Under the pieces are notes generated by a model. The model did not search any database. It was not told the DNA's origin and saw only the letters and a list, made by a program, of their open reading frames with translations. A stretch of DNA of 64,000 bases from NCBI GenBank assembly GCA_018992685.1, contig JACVGT010000025.1, positions 1 to 64,000 of the forward strand. The letters are read 5' to 3'. This document shows, in pieces, positions 19,130 through 28,628 of this stretch. The position numbers and the translations under genes are program-made. Positions within the stretch are counted from its first letter, which is position 1; each line of letters starts with the position of its first letter. The DNA comes from Theionarchaea archaeon. GTDB taxonomy: Archaea; Methanobacteriota_B; Thermococci; Methanofastidiosales; SZ-28-30.

Positions 19130-19936
19130 ATGCGTGATGTCGAAATTCTCCTGAAAGAGGGTAACCCTCTAAACCCCTCGTGCCCTGGAAGCTGGCGCCT
19201 CTCTCTGCCAGCAGACATCGAAGTGAAACGAATACTGGCAATTCTAATCCCTGAGCTACAATTGCCCACACACAGGGCAGATGGAAGTCCCATACCGTAT
19301 AGACTCCGCCACGTGAAAACTGACAGAACGCTCTCTCAGGTCGAAACCCTTGATCTGGCAGGAGTTACAGAAGGAGACGTGTGTTTGCTCTTCACTGAGC
19401 CAGGCTACAGAGTGTCCGACCGTACAACCAGATCCGCTGCGGGATCGCAAGAACGAAAGTCACGCCCTCAACCCAGACCGCTCACTCACAGAGATTTGCC
19501 CGTGAAGACACCTGAGAATCTCACGTTGTATGTTCCTTCCAACCTTCTGTACAGCAGCTATCACCTCTGGATTGATGTCTCCTCTGAACGTGTAGGAATC
19601 ACCCGCCATCTAACCCAAAAGATGTCTGTAATTCTGTCTGTGGATCTACCAGATCCAGGGAGGGAAATCCTTCCGGGTCAGGCGGCTTCCACCATATGGT
19701 TTCTGGATGAATCCATGCATGAAGGTGAAGTATCTCTGCCTTCTCCAATCCACGGGATTATTAGAGGTATCAACACTGATCTCACTGGGGGCTTCCCCGA
19801 GGAGTCGAAATTTGAGCGTATACAGGAAGATCCATATCGCGGGGGATGGTTATTCACAATGCAGATCTCGAAGCCCGTTGAGCTGAAGGTGTTAATGGAT
19901 GCTGCAACCTATCAGAAATTCCTCAACAAAGCATGA
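19130..19936 (+). CDS. Fusion of an EsaB/YukD-like ubiquitin-fold domain and a GcvH-like domain
   Basis: N-terminal LSLPADIEV...PIPYRL...LDLAGVTEGDVCLL; C-terminal HLWI..RVGIT..VDLP..SPIHG..EDPYRGGWLF..LMDAATY; GAGGTGG SD upstream. Confidence 0.75.
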   Translation: MRDVEILLKEGNPLNPSCPGSWRLSLPADIEVKRILAILIPELQLPTHRADGSPIPYRLRHVKTDRTLSQVETLDLAGVTEGDVCLLFTEPGYRVSDRTTRSAAGSQERKSRPQPRPLTHRDLPVKTPENLTLYVPSNLLYSSYHLWIDVSSERVGITRHLTQKMSVILSVDLPDPGREILPGQAASTIWFLDESMHEGEVSLPSPIHGIIRGINTDLTGGFPEESKFERIQEDPYRGGWLFTMQISKPVELKVLMDAATYQKFLNKA

Positions 19937-19994
19937 CAGGATGAAGTCCAGGGTTGCCAGACAACCTTTAAAGGAATTCCTTCTACCATTGAGT

Positions 19995-20300
19995 ATGGAT
20001 GTTCAAGCTGCTCTGTCCAAGAGTGACACCGGAACCATCCTCAGAGTTCATGCAGTCCCCGGTTCCCGAACCTATGAGATAAAATATGATGAATGGAGGA
20101 AAGAGCTGAGAATCAAAGTGATGGCCCAGCCGGAGAAGGGAATGGCCAACCAGGACATTGTGTCATTCTTATCACAATATTTCAGTAATCCAGTAATTAT
20201 CGCAGGGAGTACCAGCCGATCAAAGAAAATCAGAGTTGACAATTCCCTAGAAGAGACGGTGACAATCCTGGGAGAAGTGATTCATGAACCAGAAAGATAG
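19995..20300 (+). CDS. DUF167 (YggU-like) protein
   Basis: RVHAVPGS, PEKGMAN and AGSTSRSK motifs. Confidence 0.85.
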   Translation: MDVQAALSKSDTGTILRVHAVPGSRTYEIKYDEWRKELRIKVMAQPEKGMANQDIVSFLSQYFSNPVIIAGSTSRSKKIRVDNSLEETVTILGEVIHEPER

Positions 20301-20655
20301 AGTTCTTGCGCTGATTGAGTCACTGAAAAGGGAATCAGAGGCAGTTATACTGGTGGAAGGTGAGAGAGATTGCCAGGCGTTACGGAAGCTGGGAGTGGAA
20401 CACCCTGTGGAAAAGACCAGCGGGAGAAGGATATTCGATAATCTTTCGTTCTTGAAAGGAAAGAATGTGATACTCTTACTCGATTTCGATCGTACTGGCT
20501 GCAGACTTTTCCGGATTCTTCGGACAGAACTGGAAGTCATGGGGTATAAGCCAAACCTGTTCTACTGGCAGCAGCTTCGGGAAGTTCTGAGAGGCGAGAT
20601 AACTCAGATTGAGGAACTGTCTAGATTTGCTGATGATTTCCGGGAGACTATGTAA
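20284..20655 (+). CDS. Stand-alone TOPRIM-domain protein (UPF0292-like)
   Basis: ILVEGERD and LLLDFDRTG motifs. Confidence 0.88.
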   Translation: MNQKDRVLALIESLKRESEAVILVEGERDCQALRKLGVEHPVEKTSGRRIFDNLSFLKGKNVILLLDFDRTGCRLFRILRTELEVMGYKPNLFYWQQLREVLRGEITQIEELSRFADDFRETM

Positions 20656-21286
20656 TTCCCAGGAGCAATTTTGCCTTTTCTACGGCATCTCTGGCATCTT
20701 CGCCGTACGCATCTGCTCCAATCTTATCAGAAAATTCCTGGGTGAGAGGAGCTCCCCCCACCATGATCTTCACCTGGGTTCTGAGCCCTTTCTTCTGGAT
20801 TGCTCTAATAATGGTCTCCATTTCCTGCATAGTGATTGTCAGCAGGGCAGACATTCCTACGATGTCAGGGTGGCATTCTTCAATCTTCTGGACAAAGGTA
20901 TCGGCCGACACGTCAACCCCCAGATCGATGACTTCAAATCCAGCCCCTTCCATGAGCATCCCCACCAGATTCTTCCCAATGTCATGAATGTCTCCCTTGA
21001 CTGTTCCTATCATGAAGGTTCCTCTGGGCTCGACTCCATGCTCTGATAACAGCGGTTTGAGAATTTCAAGACTGGTATGCATGGCCCGCGCAGAAATGAG
21101 GACTTCTGGGACAGATATCTCCATAGTCCTGAACTTTGTTCCAACCACATCCATCCCCTTGATCAGCCCCTCATTGACAATATCAAGAGGAGCAATTCCG
21201 GAAGAAAGCGCCTTTTCAGTAAGGTGCTTGACCTGGGGTGCATTCCCCTCAATGAGTGCTTCTGCGATCCTGTCCAGTTCGCTCAT
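20648..21286 (-). CDS. Corrinoid (B12-binding) methyltransferase cognate protein
   Basis: GTVKGDIHDIGKN (DxH), GMSALLT and MVGGAP motifs; start set at MSELDR. Confidence 0.92.
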   Translation of the reverse strand: MSELDRIAEALIEGNAPQVKHLTEKALSSGIAPLDIVNEGLIKGMDVVGTKFRTMEISVPEVLISARAMHTSLEILKPLLSEHGVEPRGTFMIGTVKGDIHDIGKNLVGMLMEGAGFEVIDLGVDVSADTFVQKIEECHPDIVGMSALLTITMQEMETIIRAIQKKGLRTQVKIMVGGAPLTQEFSDKIGADAYGEDARDAVEKAKLLLGIT

Positions 21287-21417
21287 GAGGCTCGATACCT
21301 TCCTTACCTTATAATGGTTGTGCACAGGAAATGACTGTGTGATTCGTGAGAGCACGTGGATTCTGCAATGCAGGGTCCAAAGCATGATATGCCTGTTGAA
21401 TCGTAGCGTCACCGGTC

Positions 21418-21900
21418 CTATGAGCCCGCAGCATCCAGCCCACACAGGAATCGTTTCAGGGCTGCAGAGTCCTCAAGGAGATCATTATCCCTAATGTTCA
21501 GTGTCAGTCCCTCTTCCTGAAGGATGATCTGCAATTCTTCAATAAAAATTCCTGGCTCCGCAGCATGTCGTCCTCTCTTGTGAGTTCTCTGCGCTCCACA
21601 CGAAGGGGAACCTCCAATGGATATCAATCCTACGACAGTGAAGTCACGGTACATCCTCACGATGGTCACAACGTCTTTGGCAAGATTTCTGCAGGAGACC
21701 CTGTATTCTGGGGTATCGTAGTCCTCTTTGTTACAGGGAAGCCTTGAAAGTCCATACCTCAATTCCGGGCATGGCAGCTGGACGATGCTCATATCGTCAT
21801 CTATGAGTGCAGTGATAATGTCACGGGATATCTTCTTCGTCCCTCGGGCCCGGGTCAGGGGGTCCAGCAGACAGTGGCATACTAGGACACACTTATTCAT
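21418..21900 (-). CDS. DUF523/TudS-related Fe-S desulfidase-like protein
   Basis: HCLLD, QLPCPE and SPSCG cysteine motifs; overlaps the ilvE stop. Confidence 0.8.
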   Translation of the reverse strand: MNKCVLVCHCLLDPLTRARGTKKISRDIITALIDDDMSIVQLPCPELRYGLSRLPCNKEDYDTPEYRVSCRNLAKDVVTIVRMYRDFTVVGLISIGGSPSCGAQRTHKRGRHAAEPGIFIEELQIILQEEGLTLNIRDNDLLEDSAALKRFLCGLDAAGS

Positions 21901-22855
21901 AGATGGGAGTCAGCCAGTCCTTGTACTTCTCGTTCTTTCCTCTCACGATGTCAAAATACGTCTTCTGTATCTTGCTGGTTATGGGCATATCCTGGTTCTT
22001 CACCTCTCTGTGGTCCACTTTTGTCACGGGGGCCAGCTGCACACCAGTTCCACAAAAGAATATTTCATCACAAACGTACAGTTCTGACCTGTGAATGGGC
22101 CGTACCTCTACAGGGATACCCAGATCTCCAGCCACCTGCATCACAGTCCGTCTGGTTATTCCTTCCAGAATGTCAGCATACACGGGCGTCGTAATAATGG
22201 TACCCTTCCTCACAATAAAGAGGTTCATGGCCGAACCTTCTGACACATGCCCATCTTCCGTCAAGAAAACTGCATCATTGAACCCTGAAAGCGTAGCTTC
22301 AGACTTTGAAAGACAGGAGTTCACGTATGTACCCGAGATTTTTCCCCGCGCAGGAATACACACATCAGGAATCCTTCTCCAGGTGCTCGTGCACACGTGA
22401 AGACCTCCAGACAAGGGTAAGTATTCACCGAATCCCAGTGCAAACATGAGGAATGAACTCGGTACCGTGGTAATGTCCATGCCCACGACCTTGGGTCCCG
22501 TACTCTTGAAAGCCAGGGGCCGGATATAAACGTCGCACCTGAACTCATTCTTCCGCAGGAGTTCTTTGGTAATGTCTATGAGCTCATCCACTGAGTATTT
22601 CAGGTCAATGAAGATGATTCTCACTGAGTCGCGCAGTCTTTCAAAATGATTTCTAATTCTGAATACGTACAACTGTTGCTCCTCTTCATTCCAGTAGCCT
22701 CGGAGGCCTGCAAAAACAGCAGTTCCGTAATGTAATGCATGGGTAGATACAGGCACCTTGGCCTCTTCCCATGGGACAAACGTGTCCTCCAGAAAGCAGA
22801 ATTTTGGCAAGCTGATTTCCATTCTCTCACCAGTCTCCGTTTTGGGATGCCACAT
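21893..22855 (-). CDS. ilvE: Branched-chain amino acid aminotransferase (class IV PLP)
   Basis: HALHYGTAVF, YIRP, GKISGTY, EGSAMNLF and ILEGITR motifs. Confidence 0.93.
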   Translation of the reverse strand: MWHPKTETGERMEISLPKFCFLEDTFVPWEEAKVPVSTHALHYGTAVFAGLRGYWNEEEQQLYVFRIRNHFERLRDSVRIIFIDLKYSVDELIDITKELLRKNEFRCDVYIRPLAFKSTGPKVVGMDITTVPSSFLMFALGFGEYLPLSGGLHVCTSTWRRIPDVCIPARGKISGTYVNSCLSKSEATLSGFNDAVFLTEDGHVSEGSAMNLFIVRKGTIITTPVYADILEGITRRTVMQVAGDLGIPVEVRPIHRSELYVCDEIFFCGTGVQLAPVTKVDHREVKNQDMPITSKIQKTYFDIVRGKNEKYKDWLTPIYE

Positions 22856-22936
22856 ATAAAGCTAATGGACAGGATAGAGCGGGACAGTAATGTTTAAATG
22901 ATGGGTTCATATTGAGGAAGAACGTGAGGAATCCAC

Positions 22937-23824
22937 ATGGAAATGAGATCCAACCTGATAAGAGCAACAGTGCTGCTCTTGTTCTTGACGACCGCCTGTA
23001 TCGGCCAGAAGGACTTGACCGTGGATGAATGGAAGCAGCAGGTAGTCCTTGTAACCCCTCCCTTGGGTCAGGACCCCATGAGCATGATCACAGGAATCGA
23101 CAATGTTGGGATACTCCCAGTCGGAACACATTTCGAGGTGAACGTTGATTATTCAGGGACTGCGCAGGGCGTCAGCGTGGACGCTCACATGACAATTAGT
23201 ATTACTGTTATGAGGCGGGAGGTTTCACGCTCTGAACTACTGACTGTTCTTGATGTGGGAATTGATGCTCATTTTGAAAGCCAGAACGAGGCTGTCGATG
23301 TGGTGATTGAAGGCACTGAATGGCTGGATGAAGACGGCGTTCCTATTCGAATCGAAGAGGAAGTGGCCATGAACGTGGGTGGGTTCGATGTTCCCATGGT
23401 TTTCATTTTAAATCGGACAGGAGAAGACATGTGTGGAGATCGAGAATGCTGGGTTTTCATGGGAACCCAGACCATCAACCTCCCGGGACTGGGAGAAAGT
23501 CGAGTCGTGGGATATGTGGACAAGGGGAATGGGGTTGTCGTGAGAGCCATGACCAGCATCGGAGGAGAGGAAGTAGACACGGGATTCATGGAGCCCCCTG
23601 TGGCAATTGGCGGACTTACTTGGGAGCTGGGGTCACAGGAGTCAGTAAAAACTGATATGGGCAACATCAAGTGTCAGGCCATCTACCTTTCTGATGACAG
23701 TGAGAAGGTGGGAACAGTATGGGTGAACAAGGATATGGCGATACCTCTGCAAATTGTCCGATCGTACAAGTCATCATATCTGGACCTTAGTGTGACAATG
23801 ACCCTGGTTACATACCAGGTGTAA
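22937..23824 (+). CDS. Putative lipoprotein, paralog 1 of a tandem triplet
   Basis: Lipobox-like TTACIGQ; TVDEWK; ECWVF; WELG..E.V.T..G..KCQ.I module shared with the next two genes. Confidence 0.8.
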   Translation: MEMRSNLIRATVLLLFLTTACIGQKDLTVDEWKQQVVLVTPPLGQDPMSMITGIDNVGILPVGTHFEVNVDYSGTAQGVSVDAHMTISITVMRREVSRSELLTVLDVGIDAHFESQNEAVDVVIEGTEWLDEDGVPIRIEEEVAMNVGGFDVPMVFILNRTGEDMCGDRECWVFMGTQTINLPGLGESRVVGYVDKGNGVVVRAMTSIGGEEVDTGFMEPPVAIGGLTWELGSQESVKTDMGNIKCQAIYLSDDSEKVGTVWVNKDMAIPLQIVRSYKSSYLDLSVTMTLVTYQV

Positions 23825-23920
23825 AAGGAGTTCTCGTTTCATGTGTCATACAGTTGTTTCTGGTGGATTATTCGACAGTTGAAAGTATCTAGACGTTGAA
23901 GCTCCGTTTTTTTAATGTTC

Positions 23921-23937
23921 TGGGGAAAACCTTAAAT
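23921..23937 (+). promoter_or_regulatory. BRE/TATA promoter of lipoprotein paralog 2
   Basis: GGGGAAAACCTTAAAT, conserved with GGGGGAAACCTTTAAAT upstream of paralog 3. Confidence 0.55.
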
Positions 23938-23971
23938 TCCTCTGTTCACTGAAAAGAAGAAGGTGTGCTGC

Positions 23972-24865
23972 ATGAAGAAAAACTATTATTTGATTGTCAC
24001 CATTACCATGTTGCTGCTTTGTTTGTGCATAGGGCAAGAGGAAGAATGGACCGTGGACGACTGGAAGGATCACTTGATGTTTGTCAGCCCAAGTGGAACC
24101 CAAGGAGGCATTCCAGGCTTCGTGCCCACTTCCAGTACCGTCATGACGCTCCCTGTGGGAACCCACATGGTGTTTGATGTTGTATCTGAGGGCACGGTGG
24201 GGGAACTCGAAATGCCCACACGGATGGTTTTAGGGTTGAGGTATCTGGGCACAGAACGTGTCAACGAAAAGGAATGTGCTGCACTGCAGATTACCATGAA
24301 CATGGAGATAGAGATGTACGGAGAATCAATGGCCATGGCTAGCGAAGGAAAAGAATGGATAGGCGAAGATGGTGCGCCAGTGAAAATGGATTTTCGGGCC
24401 ACGGGGAATTTGGCAGGAATAGAAATTCCCATTTCTCTTACTGGGGGTTTGACGGAAGAAACACAGTATCAGGGGCATGAGTGTTGGGTTTTCACGGTAA
24501 CTCAGAAAGTGGAGATGGCAGGTCCTTCTACTGAGATGGAGATGATCATGTACATGGACAAGGAGAGCAGGGCGCTTGTGCGCATTGTGGCCAAAATGGG
24601 AGAAATCGAACAGGATTCGGGGTACATGGAACCAGTTTTTTCGATTGGACCCTCAACATGGGAGTTGGGACCAGAGGAAACAGTAACAACACCTCTTGGA
24701 ACCTATAAGTGTCAGGTCATCTACGTCGTGGAGGAAGGGAAAACGGTGGGCACCATATGGGCTACCAAGGATGTGAGAGCTCCTGTCAAGTACATTTACA
24801 CCTTTGAGAATGGGGATTCCAACCTTGAAGTGACCATGGTTCTCATTGAGTACAGTTCAGGGTGA
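23972..24865 (+). CDS. Putative lipoprotein, paralog 2
   Basis: CLCIGQ lipobox-like motif; WTVDDWKDHLMFV; clearly similar to paralog 3. Confidence 0.82.
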   Translation: MKKNYYLIVTITMLLLCLCIGQEEEWTVDDWKDHLMFVSPSGTQGGIPGFVPTSSTVMTLPVGTHMVFDVVSEGTVGELEMPTRMVLGLRYLGTERVNEKECAALQITMNMEIEMYGESMAMASEGKEWIGEDGAPVKMDFRATGNLAGIEIPISLTGGLTEETQYQGHECWVFTVTQKVEMAGPSTEMEMIMYMDKESRALVRIVAKMGEIEQDSGYMEPVFSIGPSTWELGPEETVTTPLGTYKCQVIYVVEEGKTVGTIWATKDVRAPVKYIYTFENGDSNLEVTMVLIEYSSG

Positions 24866-25074
24866 TTTTTGGCGTTTCTATTTTTTTCTCGTGTAATGCG
24901 TTTGACATACTCCTGATGATCTATTCCAGAGCGTAGATAGCTCACAGATTAGCACGGATTGAGGGGAGAGAGAAGGGTGGACAATGAATGACTCTGACAA
25001 GAAATCAGCAATGAGGAGGGTTCTGAACACGGCTGTGTGACACCAGGACGCTGTCATTAACATTACTGGGGTTT

Positions 25075-25091
25075 GGGGGAAACCTTTAAAT
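25075..25091 (+). promoter_or_regulatory. BRE/TATA promoter of lipoprotein paralog 3
   Basis: GGGGGAAACCTTTAAAT about 35 nt upstream of the ATG. Confidence 0.55.
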
Positions 25092-25125
25092 GCGTGTCTC
25101 CTCTTCAAGGGAAGAGGTGTGCTAA

Positions 25126-26016
25126 ATGAAAAGGAATTGCTGTTTGATTTTCATCATTGCTATAGTCCTTCTTTCTTCATGTATTGGGCAAGAGAAGGAA
25201 TGGACTGTGGATGATTGGAAAGACCATCTCATGTTTGTCGACTTTAGCTCAGCCCAGGGAAGTGTTCCAGGTTTCGTTTCTACCTCAGGCAACGTGAAAA
25301 ATCTCCCTATCGGAACTCATATGGCGTTCGACATCTCATCCGATGCAACGGGTCTCCCTGATGTTCCCATGAGCATGGTCCTGGGATTGACATATCTAGG
25401 GACAGAACTGGTGAATGGGAAGGAGTGCATTCTATTGGACGTCTCCACGAAAGTGGAAATGGAGATTTCTGGAGAGTCAATGACAGTGACGGGCAGAGGA
25501 AAGGAATGGCTTGGTGTTGACGGTTCGCCGATGAAAGTGGAAGCAGAAGGCAGCGGAAATATGTCAGGGATGGTAATTCCAATGACTCTCACAGGGGGTC
25601 TCACAGAGGAGACCGTATATGAGGGACACGATTGCTGGGTCTTCACTGTGACTGAAGAAGTGGAGATGATGGGCGCTTCTACTGAAATGGAGATGATCAT
25701 ATATATCGACAAGGTTAGTCGAGCTCAAGTACGAATGATAATGAAAGCGGAAGAAATCGAACAGGATTCGGGGTACATTGAACCAGTTTATTCAACTGGA
25801 CCCTCTACGTGGGAGTTGGGACCAAGAGAAACCATAACGACCCCTCTGGGAACCTATGAGTGTCAAGTCATCTATGTTTTGGAAGAAGGGAAAACTGTGG
25901 GCACCATATGGGCTACCAAGGATATGAGAGCTCCTGTCAAGTACGTTTACACGAATGAAACCGAAGAATTCAAGTTCGAAATGATCTTAGTTTTAATCGA
26001 ATACAGCTCTGGATGA
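25126..26016 (+). CDS. Putative lipoprotein, paralog 3
   Basis: SSCIGQ; WTVDDWKDHLMFV; C-terminal part near-identical to paralog 2 (EIEQDSGY.EPV...GKTVGTIWATKD.RAPVKY). Confidence 0.82.
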   Translation: MKRNCCLIFIIAIVLLSSCIGQEKEWTVDDWKDHLMFVDFSSAQGSVPGFVSTSGNVKNLPIGTHMAFDISSDATGLPDVPMSMVLGLTYLGTELVNGKECILLDVSTKVEMEISGESMTVTGRGKEWLGVDGSPMKVEAEGSGNMSGMVIPMTLTGGLTEETVYEGHDCWVFTVTEEVEMMGASTEMEMIIYIDKVSRAQVRMIMKAEEIEQDSGYIEPVYSTGPSTWELGPRETITTPLGTYECQVIYVLEEGKTVGTIWATKDMRAPVKYVYTNETEEFKFEMILVLIEYSSG

Positions 26017-26392
26017 TTCTTTTTACTCTTTTCTTCCCCCTTTTTGTATTTTTATAAGTTCAGGAGGTATGACTGGGAATTACGTTTGATGCAAATAATC
26101 TGATAAGTCCAGCCAGTATGAGATACATTTCGAACCTATATAGAATGCAGTAGATATTCGAGTATGAATCGAAAGCAATTGTACAATCCTTGGGGACCTG
26201 CTGATTGCATCAGGTTGGAGCTAAGAATTCTCTTTTCTTTATGAGTATCGGCAGGAGCGGTCCTGACCCAATTGCAGATCCTTCATAATCTCCTCAGTTT
26301 TCCCCTGTTGTGTGAAGCATTTCACAATTTGAGCAAAGGTCGTCAAACTCCTGTGTTCCTCTGCAATAAGCTGGAGCACTGACTTACCGTCT

Positions 26393-26530
26393 CTAGTCTC
26401 TAAAAGATGCCCATATCGCTATGAAACCAACGGCTGCTAAACAGAGACCAGCCAAGATATTTGTCCGGGGACCGATCCCCATGGCGAGCAGAAGGAAGAA
26501 TATCCCAAAGAGAAGACCCTTCCAATTCAT
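26393..26530 (-). CDS. Small two-TM membrane protein (45 aa)
   Basis: GGAGGTGA SD, 4-nt spacer, ATG; MNWKGLLFGIFFLLLAMGIG... Confidence 0.75.
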   Translation of the reverse strand: MNWKGLLFGIFFLLLAMGIGPRTNILAGLCLAAVGFIAIWASFRD

Positions 26531-26541
26531 TTTTTCACCTC

Positions 26542-26727
26542 CTATTGAATTATTTTCTTTTGAACGAATATCGATCAACAATCTGTTCTATGTTCACAAA
26601 CATGCTCGAAATTGTACTTTCCAACATATTGTCCACGATTCTCGCAATAGACCCGACATCAATTGTAAGAGTGACAGTCATGAGAATATCCCTTCCTGTT
26701 TCCACAATATGGACAATATCGCCCCAT
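26542..26727 (-). other. Cys/His-rich 61-codon frame with two in-frame TGA codons (selenoprotein candidate or pseudogene)
   Basis: GAGGTGA SD, 4-nt spacer, ATG; MGRYCPYCGNRKGYSHDCHSYN*CRVYCENRGQYVGKYNFEHVCEHRTDC*SIFVQKKIIQ-TAG; the TAG overlaps the next gene's SD. Confidence 0.55.
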
Positions 26728-26776
26728 TGAATCACCTCATTCTGAATCTATCTCTCCTTATTCCACTTGTGGGCCA

Positions 26777-28357
26777 CTATGATGTGAAATGGTTCTCGAA
26801 GGCAGAGGTAAATTCCTCAAAGTGCTTGTCTTTAATCCATCCCGACCTCTTAAGATCCTGTAAGGACTTTAGGTATTTGTCTTTTGCATCACCTCGGTCA
26901 AGTATGTTGCATAGGGCACATTTGGTGCACATTTGCTCTTTCAGTGCATGATCTTCTTCAATACGGTCTTCGATTCTTTTCTTGAGGATTTTCCCGAACT
27001 GCTTTGTTCTTGGTTCGATTGGCAGCGTTACTCCTCCGAAGACCCCTTTGAGTTTATCGGCTGTCTTTTTCTCTCCACGAATAATCACTGGTGGACACAC
27101 CAAGTACCTGCTTTTGTTGTCAGCCTGATAATTTGCTACGTACATGGGAAGATAAAGAAAAGATCTCTCTTCCAGAAGCTCGTCAATATCGAATACTTCC
27201 ACGCCTACTTCGTCAATTGCACTAATGAAAGTGTTTTTTCTCTGTATTAACTTATTCACCTTTTCTTCAAGGTTTTCTGTCTTTTTTTCAATCTCTTTTT
27301 TCTTTTTCTCAAGCTCTTTAATCTCATCATCCCGTTTCTTTTCCAGAGAGTGTATTCTGTCAAATTCTGACTCAATCAGGTTTAGATAGTGCGTTTTTGT
27401 ATTCCGGATCTCATCATCGTACTCTCTCCTGGTCTTACCGAGCTGATTCTCTGACTCTTTTCGGGCATGACGTATGCTATCTCTTTCCCTTGCATGGGTC
27501 TCACCAAGTCTGTTGTACATGTCCTCTTCTCGTCTCCATCTCGAAACTTCAGCTTGTAAGTTTGAAATGAGCGGGCTGAACCGTAGTTCTAGAGACTGGA
27601 TTTCGGAATTCATTTGAGATCGATGGTTAGAAACTGCTGATTCTACTTCTGGAGTGATTTCTCTGATCTTCTCATTAAAATATCTAAGAATTTCTGATTG
27701 TTTCTCCGTCAAGTTTTCCTTCCACTCAAAGGTCGCAGAAAACGCTGTGTTCTTTATACTCAAAAGAGATTCAACGTCTCTCAGGGACTTTCTCTTTAGA
27801 TCCAGCAGCAGATCTAGGTTTTTCTCAGCTTGCTCCACTGACAGATGAGATGAAATCTTAGAGATCTCTGGAAGCTCAGCTGTTTTGTCCACGAACCGCA
27901 AATAGTCGACAAGGTCTTTTAACAAATCTTCATGTGTCAAACACCCTGTTAGCGTTGTAACCACCGTACCGGCGAAATCTCTTAAGGAATCTTCATGGGA
28001 CTTCAGAAGTGCAATGTATTCCTCACATCGTGCGTGGGACGGTTTGTGCTCTTCAAGACCTCTAATAATACCGGGGATATCTGGCGTTGTCTTATACTCA
28101 AAAGTCTGCTCGAAGATTCCCAACATATCAAGAATCACGTATTTGTTCTCTTCAGGTCTTTTCATGACAAAAAGAGGCCAAAAAACTTTTGATACGAAGG
28201 AAATGCTCTCGGCAGTCTTTTTCTTCAAAAATCCACCGCCTTTTTCTCTCTCTGCTTCAACCAGAGAAAGGACCAAGCATAATTCGAGGTCATCTGCAGC
28301 AACGGTTTCCTGACCATCATTCTCAAGCCTCATGGCAAAAGGCAAAATCAATACCAT
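26777..28357 (-). CDS. Hypothetical protein with a long central coiled coil
   Basis: 526 aa; K/E-rich heptads in the middle, globular ends; GGAGGGG SD. Confidence 0.85.
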   Translation of the reverse strand: MVLILPFAMRLENDGQETVAADDLELCLVLSLVEAEREKGGGFLKKKTAESISFVSKVFWPLFVMKRPEENKYVILDMLGIFEQTFEYKTTPDIPGIIRGLEEHKPSHARCEEYIALLKSHEDSLRDFAGTVVTTLTGCLTHEDLLKDLVDYLRFVDKTAELPEISKISSHLSVEQAEKNLDLLLDLKRKSLRDVESLLSIKNTAFSATFEWKENLTEKQSEILRYFNEKIREITPEVESAVSNHRSQMNSEIQSLELRFSPLISNLQAEVSRWRREEDMYNRLGETHARERDSIRHARKESENQLGKTRREYDDEIRNTKTHYLNLIESEFDRIHSLEKKRDDEIKELEKKKKEIEKKTENLEEKVNKLIQRKNTFISAIDEVGVEVFDIDELLEERSFLYLPMYVANYQADNKSRYLVCPPVIIRGEKKTADKLKGVFGGVTLPIEPRTKQFGKILKKRIEDRIEEDHALKEQMCTKCALCNILDRGDAKDKYLKSLQDLKRSGWIKDKHFEEFTSAFENHFTS

Positions 28358-28628
28358 TTTAGACCCCTCCTCTTACACCACTGGAGTTTATTTCCCTGAG
28401 AATATTTTTCTTTCTGAATTATAAGAATTTTTCCTCTTCAACATGGGCTATGAATGTGATTTTTCCCCGGTTCTGAAATCCGAAAATCATTACTAAAGTC
28501 AGGAAAACACAGGAAACGAAGACGAAAGTTTTGAATTCAATGCATTTGAAGGGTAACGTCATGAATCTTTGCAGGAATAACATTCGTGCTTATAAGAGAT
28601 TATTATTCCGGAGTCACGAGACCAGGAA

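Noticed and set aside
24910-25000. Possible C/D-box sRNA (TGATGA...CTGA) in the lipoprotein intergenic region
   Set aside because: Box spacing is long, the internal boxes are unconvincing, and no guide target can be verified here.
26550-26735. ORF-track 61-aa GTG ORF (MIQWGDIV...)
   Set aside because: Its GTG lies inside the GAGGTGA SD that serves the ATG at 26727. The Cys-rich frame fits the operon better, though this ORF is not formally excluded.
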